This document shows positions 29,101-41,829 of a stretch of 64,000 nucleotides of DNA, piece by piece. The first letter of the stretch is position 1. Every line of letters starts with the position of its first letter. The position numbers and the translations under genes are program-made. Source of the DNA: Phoronis australis (taxonomy: Eukaryota > Animalia > Phoronida); contig NMRA01000172.1 in the NCBI GenBank assembly GCA_002633005.1, positions 120,229 to 184,228 on the forward strand. The letters run 5' to 3'. The notes below the pieces were generated by a model. The model was not told where the DNA came from and ran no database searches. It saw only the letters and a list, made by a program, of their open reading frames with translations.

Positions 29101-32100
29101 TGACCCACGAAGATTTTCATTGAGGCACTGTGGTTGCTTAACTGGGCTAAGGGGCACATAAAAATTGCCCCACAATCACACCTTATTTTGTCTTGAATAA
29201 TACCCATTGTATTCAGATTCTAATACAAGTACAATGCAGAGCAGCCAATCAAAACTAATGTCAATGATCAAAACAACAATGTTCAAGCCCTGGTATAGCA
29301 TTATGAATGAAAATATACAAATCTCAACTGTGAATTTATAACTTTGGTACTCGGGAAATTCAAAATGTCCTACATTTCATTTATGCATGAAATCCAACCC
29401 AAATCATGTGTGTCTACTCAAAATTGTGACATTCTCATTAACCAACATTTTCTGTGCATACATGTCTAAATATCAAAATCACGAAATTTGAAAATTGCGA
29501 TGAACCAAGTTGAAATGGTCTCAAAGTGAGTTTTCCTCCAATCATGATCGCGACTAGAGAGAAGGCTTCACTTGTCAAGAAAAAGGCTATTAAAGCACAA
29601 TGCTGAGCAAAACATTTTGAAAATAAATCCTCAACGCAACAACAAATATGTGCCTGCAGCGAAAAAAACAACTTTTGATTGAAGCCACTCATTGCAATTA
29701 ATGTCATAGAACCACTATGGTTGTGAGCTCCATACTAAGTTTAGAAATGATTTCTCAGCTTATCAAGAACTGGCAGGTCATTATTCCTTCAGACCAGCTC
29801 CAATTAATACGGTGTGCACAAATACTATATGCCTTTTCATACTGACTTAACTCTCGTCTCAGTGGAGCATCGACATGAACTGCGAAGTTAACAAAACCGT
29901 TCATGCCGTCTTCGGTAGTTAACGGACATCGAAGTAAACGGTGGTGACGCTGTTGTCATCAAAGTAATCGCAAGGTAGCGCTGCATGCTAAGGTTTTTTA
30001 CTGTGACAATTTGGGAACATTTACATGTGTTAATTGATATAAAATTTATTCTCAATTTGATTGGTGATCATTCGAGCAAAAAATATGCAATTATTAGCGA
30101 TGACACTACCCTTTAATTGTTGATGATAACAGTGGCACCTGGCAATAACTTCGATGAGTCCAAAGTTGACCGTTCATACTGCAACACAGAGTCACCTAAC
30201 TTCAAAACAAATGTGACATGACAACAACATATGTGTTCATCCAGATTTTTCTCATGTTGCAGAGTAAGATCTAGCGCAGATTTGGATTTAATCTGCGGTT
30301 AATCCCGACTCCACAGTAACTTAAAAATCTTAGGGACGCTAATTGCAAAACTTGAGGGGGATTTCACGACAGGTAATTTGTTGAGTCGAAACTGTATTTT
30401 TACTAAAGAATTCAAGTTGCTTTATCGACGATCACGAGGCAGCGACACGTTGATAGAAATGCATCACAGTTTTGTAGGTAGCCTGCCATAGGTTACAGAT
30501 ATGTTGCCGTGTAAACTTGATGAATCCTAGCTTCCGATTTCACCCGTTTCGGTTTTTTATTGACACTGGCAGCAAGTTTGTGGTGACAGACGCAAACGGC
30601 AGAAAGACTGAACTTTTCTGGCTCACTCACCCAGCTGACAAGCAGGGTTTTGAAACCTGGGTATATACCTCTACCACCCACCATACAGATGAAGAGAGAG
30701 AGATTTGAAAACAAAAGAAGAAGGGAATATACGGTATATTGTATATTTACAACACAGGATGTTTCAAAATGCACTCACAATTCAAATGACAATAAATAGG
30801 TTCTTGTTGATTTACAGCATTATTGGTTTAAATTCATAAAAACCTGATCAAAAAGGAATTTAAATGACATTATCAGCAAGAAAAGTGGTTAAATTCTGAG
30901 ATCAGCCCCAACAAAGCATCCAACTCACAACTGAGATCATCCTCAGCAATCGTAGTTCAAAACTTTGCTGGCAGAGCAACTAAACCTCACTCCATTAATG
31001 GCAACGTATTTTAAATGGTGAAGTCAACACCCTTAATTTTAGATTAAATAGCTGACAGACAAACAATAGCAATTAGTTACTATATTGTAATAAAATCACA
31101 AAAAAAAACCCAACAGATAATTGTAATAAAAGAAAACAAAAGTGCTCTGGAGAGTGACATTAGCAGAAATCAAACAATAAAGAAATTGAGGTTTATAACG
31201 GAAACCCGAATACCAACATCCCGACCCAGACCAAGACATTGATGATGGCGTAGGCGCTGATATCAACACCGATCAGATGCCATCAGCAACTCGATGCCTG
31301 GACACTGGGTCAATGACTACGACAAAACTACCATCGCACTGCCTGGCCAAGATGATCCCATGGGACTGGCATATTGACATTATTTCTCCTTACGCTACTT
31401 GTAATTACTCATTGACAGATGGCAGGTAGGACACCTATGAGGCTGCTCCTTTATGAACCCTCCCATCAGATTAGCCAGTCGATCAAATATAGCACATGCC
31501 TTTTTGTAAAAACTACACTTCTGAACAGCAGGAAAGTGGTTTGCTGGTCCAGGCCATAAACAGAACATTGAACAGCTGTTAACCACTGCACGTCACAAAT
31601 CACCAGTTTGACATGTGCAGTCAGATCCACACACAGAGTCAGTCATGTAAAGTAGCAGACATTGGTCTTGCATGGTGCTAGTTTGCCTGTCGCAGATTCT
31701 TTATGGGTTTGAATTTATATCCCAGTCCCACTACAGAGGCGGATCTACAGGGGGGTTCAAACCCCCCCCCCCCCCTAGGGGCAGGATCAAAAATAAAAAT
31801 TGAAAAAAAAACTTCACCAGAAAAACGAAATCGGCTACTAAAACCACAACAAATCTCACACTGGAGGGGGGAACCTCCTCCCAACCTTGACCTTCCGCTC
31901 GGTGCTATGCGCCTCGGATTCGCTCAAATCCTAAACCCCCCTTACTGAAAACATAGATCTGCAACTGCAAGATAAAAACTTGTCTAAGAAAAAAGGGCAA
32001 AACCCTAAGACAATAGTAGTCTTAATTAAGCCTCAATCATCACTAACCTGTTTTAAATACCAAATTAAGTGATTTCTTGTCCAGCACTCTATATTCGTTT

Positions 32101-35100
32101 CACTAGGTTTACATAAGTGAAGCAAACACTACAAGTTTACTGAAACTGCTAAACTATCCGAATCTGCCGGAAGGGCTTTGGGCGCTTTAATTAATAAATT
32201 TAATAAGAATAAAAATATGAGGTACAGAATGTTCACTACATTATTCAATGCTTGTGTTGTGTCTGTTTGAGATTATTGTGTAGGTGTCTGGGGCGGCTCT
32301 AGTCTACAGGATTATGATGTCATTCAGAATAGAGCCGCGCGATTTTTCTTGGGCGTTCACAAATTCGCTCCCAATCGTGCCGTTATGAGTGACATGGGGT
32401 GGGAATTCCCCAGTGTTAGGCGGAAAATTGAGCTTTTGAGAATGTGGAATCGCATTATTAATTTCGAGGATGATAGACTAACATACTGAATATTTTGGTG
32501 GGACTACACTACTTGTACTAATAATTGGTCTTCTGAAGTTTTGAGCGTTTTTGAAGAATTAGGGATTTCGGATTGTTTTCATAACTTACGTTCAGTTAAT
32601 CTGTCTCACTGTAAGAATATTTTGCATGATTTGGCCTGTAATAGATGGTTGTTTGAAAGGCGTTCGAAACCAAAGTTAAGAACCTATGTTTTGATGAAGA
32701 ATGTCTTTGAAGTTGAGCCTTACGTGCTTTTAGACTTAACTCTGCCTAGTAGCTCATATCTTGCTCAAATTAGAACCGGAACCCTACAGCTATTGGCTGA
32801 CTTGCCCCATGTCCTTGGGAGGGGAGCAGATTGAAAAGTAGCATACACTGACATGAGTGCCTCTTTACACTTCTGCGCAGGATATTATCCAAACAAGGGT
32901 TATTGAAATACTGGGCAGACAACTGGTCTACAGGACAAGATGGCCACTGGGGGGATACTGCAAAATTTCAATCCACCTGAAAATCAACTAGTGCTGGCAC
33001 AGGGCTGTAACAGTTAATATTTATCTGCGTGTTAAGCTTCATTGAAATCTGTCAGAATGACCACTAGGGGTTGCTGCAGTGGTGCAATTAGCCCAAACAT
33101 CAGCTGATGCTGGCACATACTTCTGTGTGAAGTTTTGCTGAAATCTATCAATCGGTTCTCAATGGATGACCACTATAAAGGATGTTTAAGTCCTTGACTG
33201 GTACCTGAGCACTACCCATCAAATACATCTAGAGATCAACTTTCATTGAAATCTCTGTATTAGACATCATCTGGAAAGTACGTTCTTCCCTAAAAATATT
33301 GAAGAGCTCGTCCCTTAATAGAAGGGAGTAAGGGAGACTGAAAAGTGGTATGCACTGCCTTAATGAAGCACTATACATCCATTACCCCCTTGCTCCAATT
33401 TTCAATGTCAAACAGGGTATTTTCAGATAATGAGCAGACAGCCAGACAGGGATAACAACAATACATGTGGCCACACATGCCTACATGTACAATGTACTAC
33501 ATGCAATATGAAGGAACAGAAGTTTCCAGGGCTTCAAATACATGGTTGACCCACATCAACAAACAGTGAATTCCTAACATTAAGCAGCTGCCAGTAAAGG
33601 TCATGGTGGGGTTAAAGGAGAATTCCACCCGATTTAATTAGTCTTTTTTGCCGTCTTAATCGGTCTATATCCACATCGCCTCGCATACGGTCGACCTAAC
33701 CTTGCCAAGAGGTGTCGCGTTAACCTGTGAGGAAGGTGAGAAACGACGCTAGCAACGTCAGTGGTTCATATGCAGAGTGAATGACGCTATGTTGCGGTGC
33801 ATCGTTCCCACTGTACGAACTAAGCAGCTGCGAGGAAAGCGGGTATATCGTTTTTATTTTTTACTTCCTCGAGAGTCCGAAATGCTTAGGAAGTAGCTCA
33901 TGGTAGTGAAGAATGAAATATACGCTGTAAATAGCAAGTATGAGTCCGTGAAACACCTCGGTGTCTGTGGCCTCCAGACGTCGTCGGACAGTGCCTGACG
34001 AATGCTGGCTTACCAAATAACTCCAAACGTTCCGTTGTCTGAGCTTGTTCCCCGTGCCTCTCTAGTATTTCTTCATCACTGTATTCCTGTTCGAATTGAT
34101 AGCCTGTAAAACTTAACGATCCGCCTGCGAAGTCGGGACTGATGAGCTCTAGCTTGTCCTAAGTCGGGATTACGAGTTGCCATGTTGGCGTTTATTACTG
34201 AGCGTTCTGTTTCAAAATGAATTATTCTCACCCTAACCAATATTTATATAAAACTGAAACAAAGTATGTCTCATTAGATGCAATTTGTAATGCCTTTGGA
34301 GTGTTCGTGAGTGCAAATGATTTGAGAAGCCAGCAATGAATAAATCACGTTACCGGCTTTAGGTGCAATAAAACTAATTGCCGGGACACCGAGGCCCTGT
34401 GAGTTCATGCTAATTGAGTGTTTGCTGGCAGAAACTGTGGTGAAACAACTCGATTTCCATCCCACAGCCAGGTGTTAGGGGAATCTTGATTTACATTTAC
34501 ATTACCCAAATAATGATTGTCAATGTACAACTTCTGCCCTGACGGTGCTGTGGCCAAAGCGGAACTTGAATTCGCGGCCCCCGAATAGTAAGTAGATTTG
34601 CAGTTTTGTGGCTAATTCACCAACATAATCACATGCACATTACTTTGGCTCACTAGTATAGTATTTTCTTGACTGGAAGTTTAGTTTCCACTGAACTTTG
34701 GCTGGTTTATGTTCGTGATGTCTCAGTTTCCGAGCCACTGGCCGGGATAACGCCGAGTCCAATCCGGCCGGCCGCGACGGGCCTGATCGTCTGCCGTCAG
34801 GTAACGCAACCGTAAGTGTCGTTATGGAGTAGAACTACTCTATCTAAAATGATACAAATTAGGTTGTTTTTTGGGTGGCATGCTCCTTTAAGAGATCCCT
34901 CAGCTGACAGTCATGTGAGCGGCACTTGAGACCAGTTCTTGGATACAATTATACTTCATGTACTAGTCATATGGCCACTAGAACATTACAAAAAATTAGC
35001 ACACATTTTATAGATGAACAATAGATTCCCGTATTTCTTTAGCAGTTTTTTCATAATAAGAATTGACCTACTCGGCCTAGTAGGTCAATTCTTGCTCAAA

Positions 35101-38100
35101 TTAGAACCAGAACCCTACAGCAATTGGTTGAGGTTGGGCGTTTTCGTTCTCTAGAATTTGATGACAGAATTTGCTGTCATTGTCACACTGGTCAGGTCGA
35201 AACTGAACTACATTTTCTGTTTGAGTGTCCGTTTTTCTTAGATGCCAGAAACACCTTTTACTGTCAAGTTGAGATTAAATATCCACGATTCCGTGCAGAA
35301 AGCTGTGAAAGTAAATTAATTACAATCATGCAAAAAGATGTTATTAGAAAAACTTCAGTTTTCATCAAAAATATTTTTGAAGGAAAAATTATATTTATTT
35401 ATGATCACTTTTATCTCGGCCTTCTCTTTCTGGTCCTCTTGCAATGTGTGTGCACTTGTCATTTCTTTTTTGTATCATGTATCTAAAGTGACTTATAAGC
35501 CCCATGGAGGGCTGGGTGTTCCTAGTCTTTGTAACGTATTCATTGTTTCAATTCATTTGAACACGTCACTAAAATAAAAATTACTTACTTACTTACTTAC
35601 TTTACTAATAACGATAACTCTGACAGACATGCCCTTTACTTTTTGAATGGCAAAGTGAAAGTACTTAGCTGTGGTTCTAGAATCCAAATAATATACTGTT
35701 GCCATGACAGCAGATACTTGGTATAATTTTGTCAAGATATCTCACTACAAAACATTGTAGGTAAGTTCTAAGCAGACAATTTGTACACATCACAGTTCCA
35801 GCGAATTAGCTCTCACATCTACGTACTTCCATTCTGTACTTCGATCACAAAATGTACGCAGAACTCACCCAGGAACAACAGTCAGTACAGACTAAACTTC
35901 TACACAAGTATGTAAATGTCAGCAAGACGAAATGCTTGGTTAAATTCTCCTAGCACTGAAAAAGATCTTGCAATAAGAAATGCTTGAAATTGTGTAACAT
36001 CCTTTGAAATACACTACCCTACATTGACTTTCTTTTTATCTATACTTTGTAAACAAACACTTGGCTTTGTTAAACTAGATTATTACAGATGGAAACATTT
36101 TAGCTGCAAAAAAATTGTCAATTTCTGGAATTGGTTAACATTTACTATACATATGAATGAGCTCAGGAAAACACTCAAGACATGGTGGGTTTTAGAAGAA
36201 AAACACATTTCCATTAACTGTATCTTGGACAAAAAAGTTGACTGAAAGTTGACATTTTAAAGTGCATTTACAAGCAACTCCTTCATATCCCCAGTACCCC
36301 TATGCACAGCCAGCATACACCACCTGTGATGAAAATGGAAGCATAAAGCTCACCATTGTTTGTCTTTAAACAAATGAATTGATTTCAAAGCCAAGTTGAG
36401 CCAACTGCATTCCATTGTTAGTTACAAGTCATGCCAGTGGTAACATATTAATGTTTGCTAAGAGATAACATATTGAAAGGATCACTCAAATGAATCAACT
36501 CCTCCACCATTCATATTCTGAATCCGATACACATCACTAACATGGCGCCATATGGCCGGTAAGTACATACATTCTAAAGGAAAATGTCTTCAATTTGGAA
36601 CAAAAATAACTTCTAAAATTATCATTTTTCGATTTTCAAAGGATTATTTTGATAAAAAAGCTTAGAAATTCACCAAATGTTGTCTGGCGATAGCTGTATC
36701 ATACAAACCATGTTATAACACGGTATTCAAATTGTCTTCAGTTATTTTGTTTACCAACTTTAATTCCACTCTTCAACCATATTTTGTCTTAAATTGAAGA
36801 TTATTTACCATAATTGCCATTAAAATACGGAGGCAGTTGTTACCTTTATTAAATAATGCTTTTTAAACTTATTTTTGCCAGTGATGTTCTGGTGATAACC
36901 TATCATTTGAAGGTGTGTTCAAAACTAATTGAAACATTCTGCAACACGAAAAACAGTGTTCTTTACAAATCATGCCAGTCGTAATTCATCCAAAAACGAT
37001 CAAACACTAAAAAATTATCCGGTTTAGGACATGCTGGTTAGCGAAATTTTATTTCCAAAATTTTCAAAAAATTAACATTCAAGACAAAATGGCTTTGTTA
37101 TAAGCATACTGTTAACTGTTGAAAGTTGAAAGTTCATTAATTCACAACATTGTCATGAGACACTGTAAAGTGCAAAAACATAAGCTAGATTATTGGTGTC
37201 CCAGCTTCAAAGACTTTTTACTTGTAAGTATACTTGTAAGTACAATGAGATGCATATGATTGACTTTCAAACAAGAAGACCAGGAAATAAGTGTTGATGA
37301 GATAGAGCACAATTCTATTTTAGTAACATTTTACATTAGGTCAAAGGGATGAAAGGGCAGAGACATCAGAATACAACTCCATTCCGTGTTATATTCTGCA
37401 AGCATTTCACGAATCACTACCATCTAAATTAAGCTCAACTTAGGCTATAAAATACCACTACAGTATAGTTTGAAACCTAGGACCAATATATATACTACTA
37501 CAGTATAGTTTGAAACCTAGGACCAATATATATACTACTACAGTATAGTTTGAAACCTAGGACCAATATATATACTACTACAGTATAGTTTGAAACCTAG
37601 GACCAATATGTATACCACTACAGTATAGTTTGAAACTTAGGACCACAATGTATACCTCTACGGTATAGTTTGAAACCTAGGACCAATATGTATACTACTA
37701 CAGTATAGTTTGAAACTTAGGACCAATATGTATATTACTCCTAGTTTGAAACACAGGTTTCAAGTAGTAAGCGGTGTGAAGAATGAATTAACATGCAAAA
37801 ACCAAAAACCCTAAAGTACTAGTAGGGTTAAAGTGTTTAAAATAACCTATTTTAAATCAAAAATGTATACTAAAAACAAACCCACAAATCGATCAGCTGT
37901 CAAATTAGAACACCTGCAAACATTATCTGACAATATGCTAATTACCTGATCTTGAGTTACGAGTATTTATCGATACATACTATGCAAAACCGAGACAACC
38001 AATCACAGCACTTGGTCAACGGCTCCATTGTGTTTAGTGCGAAAAATTGTCATGGTTTATGGCATATAATAAGGGATGGCGAGGGGTTGTTTGTGGTGGT

Positions 38101-40975
38101 TGTAATGACTTAGTGTTTGCCTAAGCTGTGACTCTTTGCACCGAGACACCAAAGAAGTGCAGATGTGGCACACATTTGTATAAGAAACTTGTGTGTTGGT
38201 GGACATGACACTGGCACTGGGTATGTTCATATGTCACGCTCATGTGTTGGTGGACATGACATTGGCACTGGGTATGTTCATATGTCACACTCATGTTTGT
38301 GGAGTGAAGAAATTTTTCTTCTATTTTCTTGTTTTTGAGGTACTGAGTTCACGGCTGTGATATTCAGTGCTGTAAAGGAAGGTTTACCGGTAATGATGCT
38401 ACAATGTAGTCACTTGTCAAAACAAGGTAAATGGTAGTTTTAATCACTTTAATATTACCTTGAACATGAAATGTGTTAACAATAACAACATAACCTAATG
38501 TAATGGAACAAATAGCTTAATAGACAAAGCAGTTCATTGGTAGATGAAAATAATTTTCAAGATTTTCTGTGAAACTGCATCAGGCAACTAACTCTGAACA
38601 TATATTTAACAGTCGGTGAACCTACCACAGAAAGCTTAATATCAAATGGATGAGTACTGGGCAACCTATGCAAGTATCCAAAAACAGTTCTGTATAACAG
38701 ACTGGGCCACCTAATGCAAATATCCCGACTACACTTTTGTATAACAGACTTTTAGGCAAGTATCCGACTGCCCCTCTGTGTAACAGACTGGGCCACCTAT
38801 GCAAGTATTCTGACTACACTTTTGTGTAACAGACTTTTATTCAAGTATCCGACTGCGCCTCTGTGCATAAGAGACCCGTATAAGTAACCCGAACACACAC
38901 AAATATTTAGATATATTTTTATAAGAGCATTTATCAACATTATCACCTAACAGCTTCATCCACAAGTGTTGGACTCAGTTAATCCACTACACTACTAGAC
39001 ATAACAAGTTTGTCCAGAGTCACATTTCAAAACAGTTTCTGTGCAGCCTGACACTCTTAATCTGGGTCAACTACTTTCAATGAACACTACCTCAACACAA
39101 CAATACCCTTTCTGATTCTGGGGATATTTATCCACAATGTTAGGCACCTTGGGGCACTTGACCTCGTTTTAAAAGTGTTGCTGTGCTTATCACAGTTTTG
39201 CAAAAAATAAACTTGTTTGCCATTTGTCATTCTGATGCCAGACAAGATTTAATGCTTGTCTATACATACATTCCTTTCTCACCATCGCTTTCTCACCATT
39301 CTTTTCTCACCAAATCTCAGCCTTGTTCACATCTGAAGCTGAAGTTATGCACGTGGTTGACCTATTTTTTCCATATCTAGGTCAACAATCAGTGCAAAAG
39401 GAGTAAACCCGAGTCCTCAAATCATAATTCCAATCAAAGTATTTCAACGCTTTAATATCATGCAAAATTAGTTCTTGAATACGCAACGAGCATTAGACAT
39501 GAGAGTTTTTCCTTGTAAAATTTGTACTGCATTCTTCTCATACAATACGCCATGTGGCCTGAGCATACAACGCTTCAGAGAAGTTTTTTGACAGGAAGTT
39601 TTCCAACTGTTCCGAGAAGCAAAAACTTGAACAGCACGAATAACTGGAAGCAGTTTGTATTTAATTTTATGTTGTTTGCATCTTCAACAACAGGGGTCAG
39701 TCCTAGAATTTTGGCAAACAGTTTTTCAATGTACTTGTATTCTTCTATTTCAAATGGTGTATTTAGGTACTCAAATACTCGTCTCAGTCAGAAAGCGCCA
39801 ATTTACTTTGGCATTGACATGTAGCCTTACAGTAACTGGAAATCCTTCGGGTTTGTGCACTTCCAATTTCAAAGGTCATGGATGACCATGGCAACACTTT
39901 GGTTAGTAGTTAAGTGCCCACACCTCGAATTCTAGACTCAATATCTGGCTTAACTGTAGCTAATACGAATGTTTAAATGGCAAATATTAAGTGGATGCGT
40001 GATTTTCCAAAACACATCACAGAAGACGCTGGACACGAACGCCTGGTGTACAGACAGACGGTTGCGCTGGCCAAAAAAGTCCGCTCTGCACCCGTTCATC
40101 TATGCCCATTTGAATAATTACAAATGAGGTCTGTTCTCTACTCATATTTTACTGTAGTAATAGCCGAGATTACCCCGACCCGGGGATCGAACCCGCGACC
40201 CCCATAAAACCGGCAAGCGTGCTAACCATTCAGCTAACGGGCAATTGCATATTGCACATCTACAACATTACTTTTCCGCAAGTATTCTAGTGCATTTACT
40301 CACTTATGTTGAGAGGCACCCGATGGGGCAAAAAAATCAGACCCGTGATGGCTATGCCAGTAAAAAAAAAACTAAAAACCGAATTCTAGTAGTAATTCAA
40401 GCCCTTCTTCAAAATGACTGCCCGGAACCAGGTGCCACTGAATAACAGCCATTATTCAGTGAAAACTGGTTTCTAGAAAGTAGTTGTTCATTGGACCTTT
40501 ACCGGCTGCGCTGTGATTTCTGTGAACATTCAGCAACTCCCAGTTAGCCTGATGTCCCCCAATAACTCAGTGATTAAATGATTTGATTTTAAAAACCAGT
40601 TACTTCCAAGTTTGAATCCCACCATTACCCAAAGTAAAATTACAACGTTGATGTTATGATGAGCAAAGGAGGTCTGATCTAGAACGCAAATGAATCCTCT
40701 TTCAATCATTCATCGCCAACTGCAGAATGCAGACTGCACGACTACACAGTTTAGTTTTTAGGCAAATCAAAGAATCCAACTTACCTTTCGAAAATATATC
40801 GCACCAAAATGATAACTAATCCAACAAAAAGTGAAAAATAGATATCTGAAACTTGAGGGTAATATATTCCCTCGTGTTTGTTTTCAAAATCGGACCATTT
40901 AACGTGAGCAGGAAGCCAAAAACTTTCACTCCAAAACCAGGAATGAAACGCCCTCCATGCCTCGCCGACCGCCAT
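11197..40975 (-). CDS. CERS6: Ceramide synthase, CERS5/6-like (Hox-like domain plus TLC/Lag1 domain), about 371-372 aa
   Basis: Minus-strand exons 40785-40975, 26061-26187, 23123-23229, 21857-21914, 20603-20653, 20198-20290, 19019-19147, 17743-17849, [14340-14496 or 12935-13088], 11197-11295, all GT-AG and in frame. Motifs: WFWSESFWLP, Hox-like GLSKQSDLSIRQVERWFRRRRN, YWYYMIELGFY, Lag1 motif KRKDFWEMFVHH..RIGTLVIVIHDIVD, C-terminal KDIRSDSEETESEEEE. The symbol gives the closest vertebrate family only; orthology is probably one-to-many. Confidence 0.93.
12935..13088 (-). CDS. Ceramide synthase alternative exon 9b (paralogous to 9a)
   Basis: ttcgcag|G..AAG|gtatta; 154 nt, phase 2 in and phase 0 out; VQYSVWVESEAILGPYSSLFGYQILLGLLQVLHVMWYYMILRIAYLAVVHK. 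Confidence 0.88.
14340..14496 (-). CDS. Ceramide synthase alternative exon 9a
   Basis: gtttttcag|A..AAG|gtatat; 157 nt, phase 2 in and phase 0 out; VIASSLNEAHIIVAFCNVYYLYNSLLILLLILHTVWFVLIMRICIKAICDGK (last loop plus last TM helix). Not in the ORF track. Confidence 0.85.
15945..16280. repeat. 41-bp minisatellite, about 8 copies
   Basis: Unit acagagtccataccatgtatagccagtcacaggcctggtgc. Confidence 0.9.
16710..17129. mobile_element. Diverged copy of the same Harbinger-like MITE family as 48907-49307
   Basis: Shares tctttt.actcgaaa, ctgtgctcga, tttatgcata.gagtttctagt.caagtttg and gcatagaata blocks. Confidence 0.65.
26265..26445. repeat. 20-bp minisatellite, about 9 copies
   Basis: Unit aacagacatggatctctctc. 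Confidence 0.9.
27590..27960. mobile_element. Dispersed repeat shared with about 59505-59875 (probable MITE family)
   Basis: Shared acaatgctattttaacat, ataggtgacct, gatcattttcaccacaaaa, ctaactaatttggccaagcaat. Confidence 0.65.
31734..31967. mobile_element. Short MITE with CAG-GGCGGATCTA-type TIRs; a second copy begins at about 63967 at the window end
   Basis: cagaggcggatcta ... tagatctgcaactg; the same left terminus with G-run occurs at 63967-64000. Confidence 0.6.
32090..32800 (+). mobile_element. Decayed non-LTR retrotransposon (LINE) ORF2 3' region, upstream piece
   Basis: Remnant peptides LFNACVVSV*DYCVGVWG, IQNRAARFFLGVHKFAPNRAVMSDMGW, KPKLRTYVLMK..EPYV, LAQIRTGTL; stops present. Confidence 0.75.
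33616..34887. mobile_element. Non-autonomous Kolobok-like DNA transposon
   Basis: TTAA|aggagaattccaccc ... gggtggcatgctcct|TTAA (imperfect TIRs beginning RR, TTAA TSD). A minus-strand remnant GYQFEQEYSDEE near 34070-34105 resembles the YxFEP motif I associate with Kolobok accessory ORFs. Confidence 0.7.
35090..35601 (+). mobile_element. Decayed LINE 3' end with zinc-binding motif and (TTAC)n tail
   Basis: EVGRF..DRICCHC..ETELHFLFECP, then aaataaaaa and (ttac)5 at 35581-35600. Confidence 0.8.
37455..37750. repeat. 40-bp minisatellite, about 7 copies
   Basis: cagtatagtttgaaacctaggaccaatatatatactacta at 37461, 37501, 37541, 37581, 37621 and onward. Confidence 0.9.
40171..40243 (-). pseudogene. 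tRNA-like Pol III element (tRNA pseudogene or SINE head)
   Basis: Minus strand GCCCGTTAGCTGAATGGTTAGC..GCGGGTTCGATCCCCG: A box and B box present and D and T arms pair, but the acceptor and anticodon stems do not. Confidence 0.6.
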
Positions 40976-41656
40976 AGTCCCTTTTGATCGCCTGATGAAC
41001 AATTAGTTTCTGATAGACACCGGGAGATGTCTCCGGTGAACAATGAAAATGCTGTACACGTCGACAGTATTCTGTTTTTACAAGCTATGACTGTAAAATT
41101 TATGTAAAATTCACTTTGTCTATTTTTCTACACAATAGCATGCTAGCATTTTTCTGAAATGTTCAGGCTTTTTGGTTAAGTTTTCGTTATAATGACTTGC
41201 CAAAGGGAAGACTACTATCGCTCATTTTGGACACGAAGACGGAACACTTAAAACATATTTTGGTAAAACTTGAATGTTTTCCTTAAAATAATTCCTTTGA
41301 CAGTGATAGGTATAGTTTTGTGTGTTGCTATGAATTGATGTGTACAACGTAAGGATCTGTGTCTGTTTGAGGAATACAAGGTTAGTTGGTTACTGTTGTA
41401 TCTCTCTCTCGGAACTCGGCTGAGTCGGACTTAGTTATTTGACTAGACTGTCACTGTCAGACCACAGGCACAGGCACGGTCCACACTCATCATTCAGTCG
41501 CTCGACGTTATGTTAGGCATTCAGTGAAATATCTTATCAAGCGGCTGATAAGAGGTGTCTCACTGTGAGTGTGACTTTCTGCACTGTGTTGACATCTTAT
41601 TTCTGTTCTGTATTTACAATACTACTACATCATCAGCTCAAAATAGACAGGTAAGT
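40976..41656. promoter_or_regulatory. Probable bidirectional promoter / 5'UTR region shared by the ceramide synthase and VMP1
   Basis: CerS ATG at 40975 (-). The VMP1 ATG exon begins with a splice acceptor, so it needs an upstream non-coding exon; + strand donors exist at 41380 (AAG|gttagt) and 41650 (CAG|gtaagt). TSS positions cannot be seen directly. Confidence 0.5.
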
Positions 41657-41829
41657 CTGCAAATCCAAATGACTATCAACCAACAGCTGGAGAAGGTAGT
41701 TATCTCCCTTCGTTTGTCAATGAAATTGAAGACTGACGATGTGCTGGAGGTCAAACGAAAAAGTACAAGAGGTTATAAGGAGGCCACCCATCTGCTAGCC
41801 TTGGTAGTACAAAGCTGTATACTAAATAT

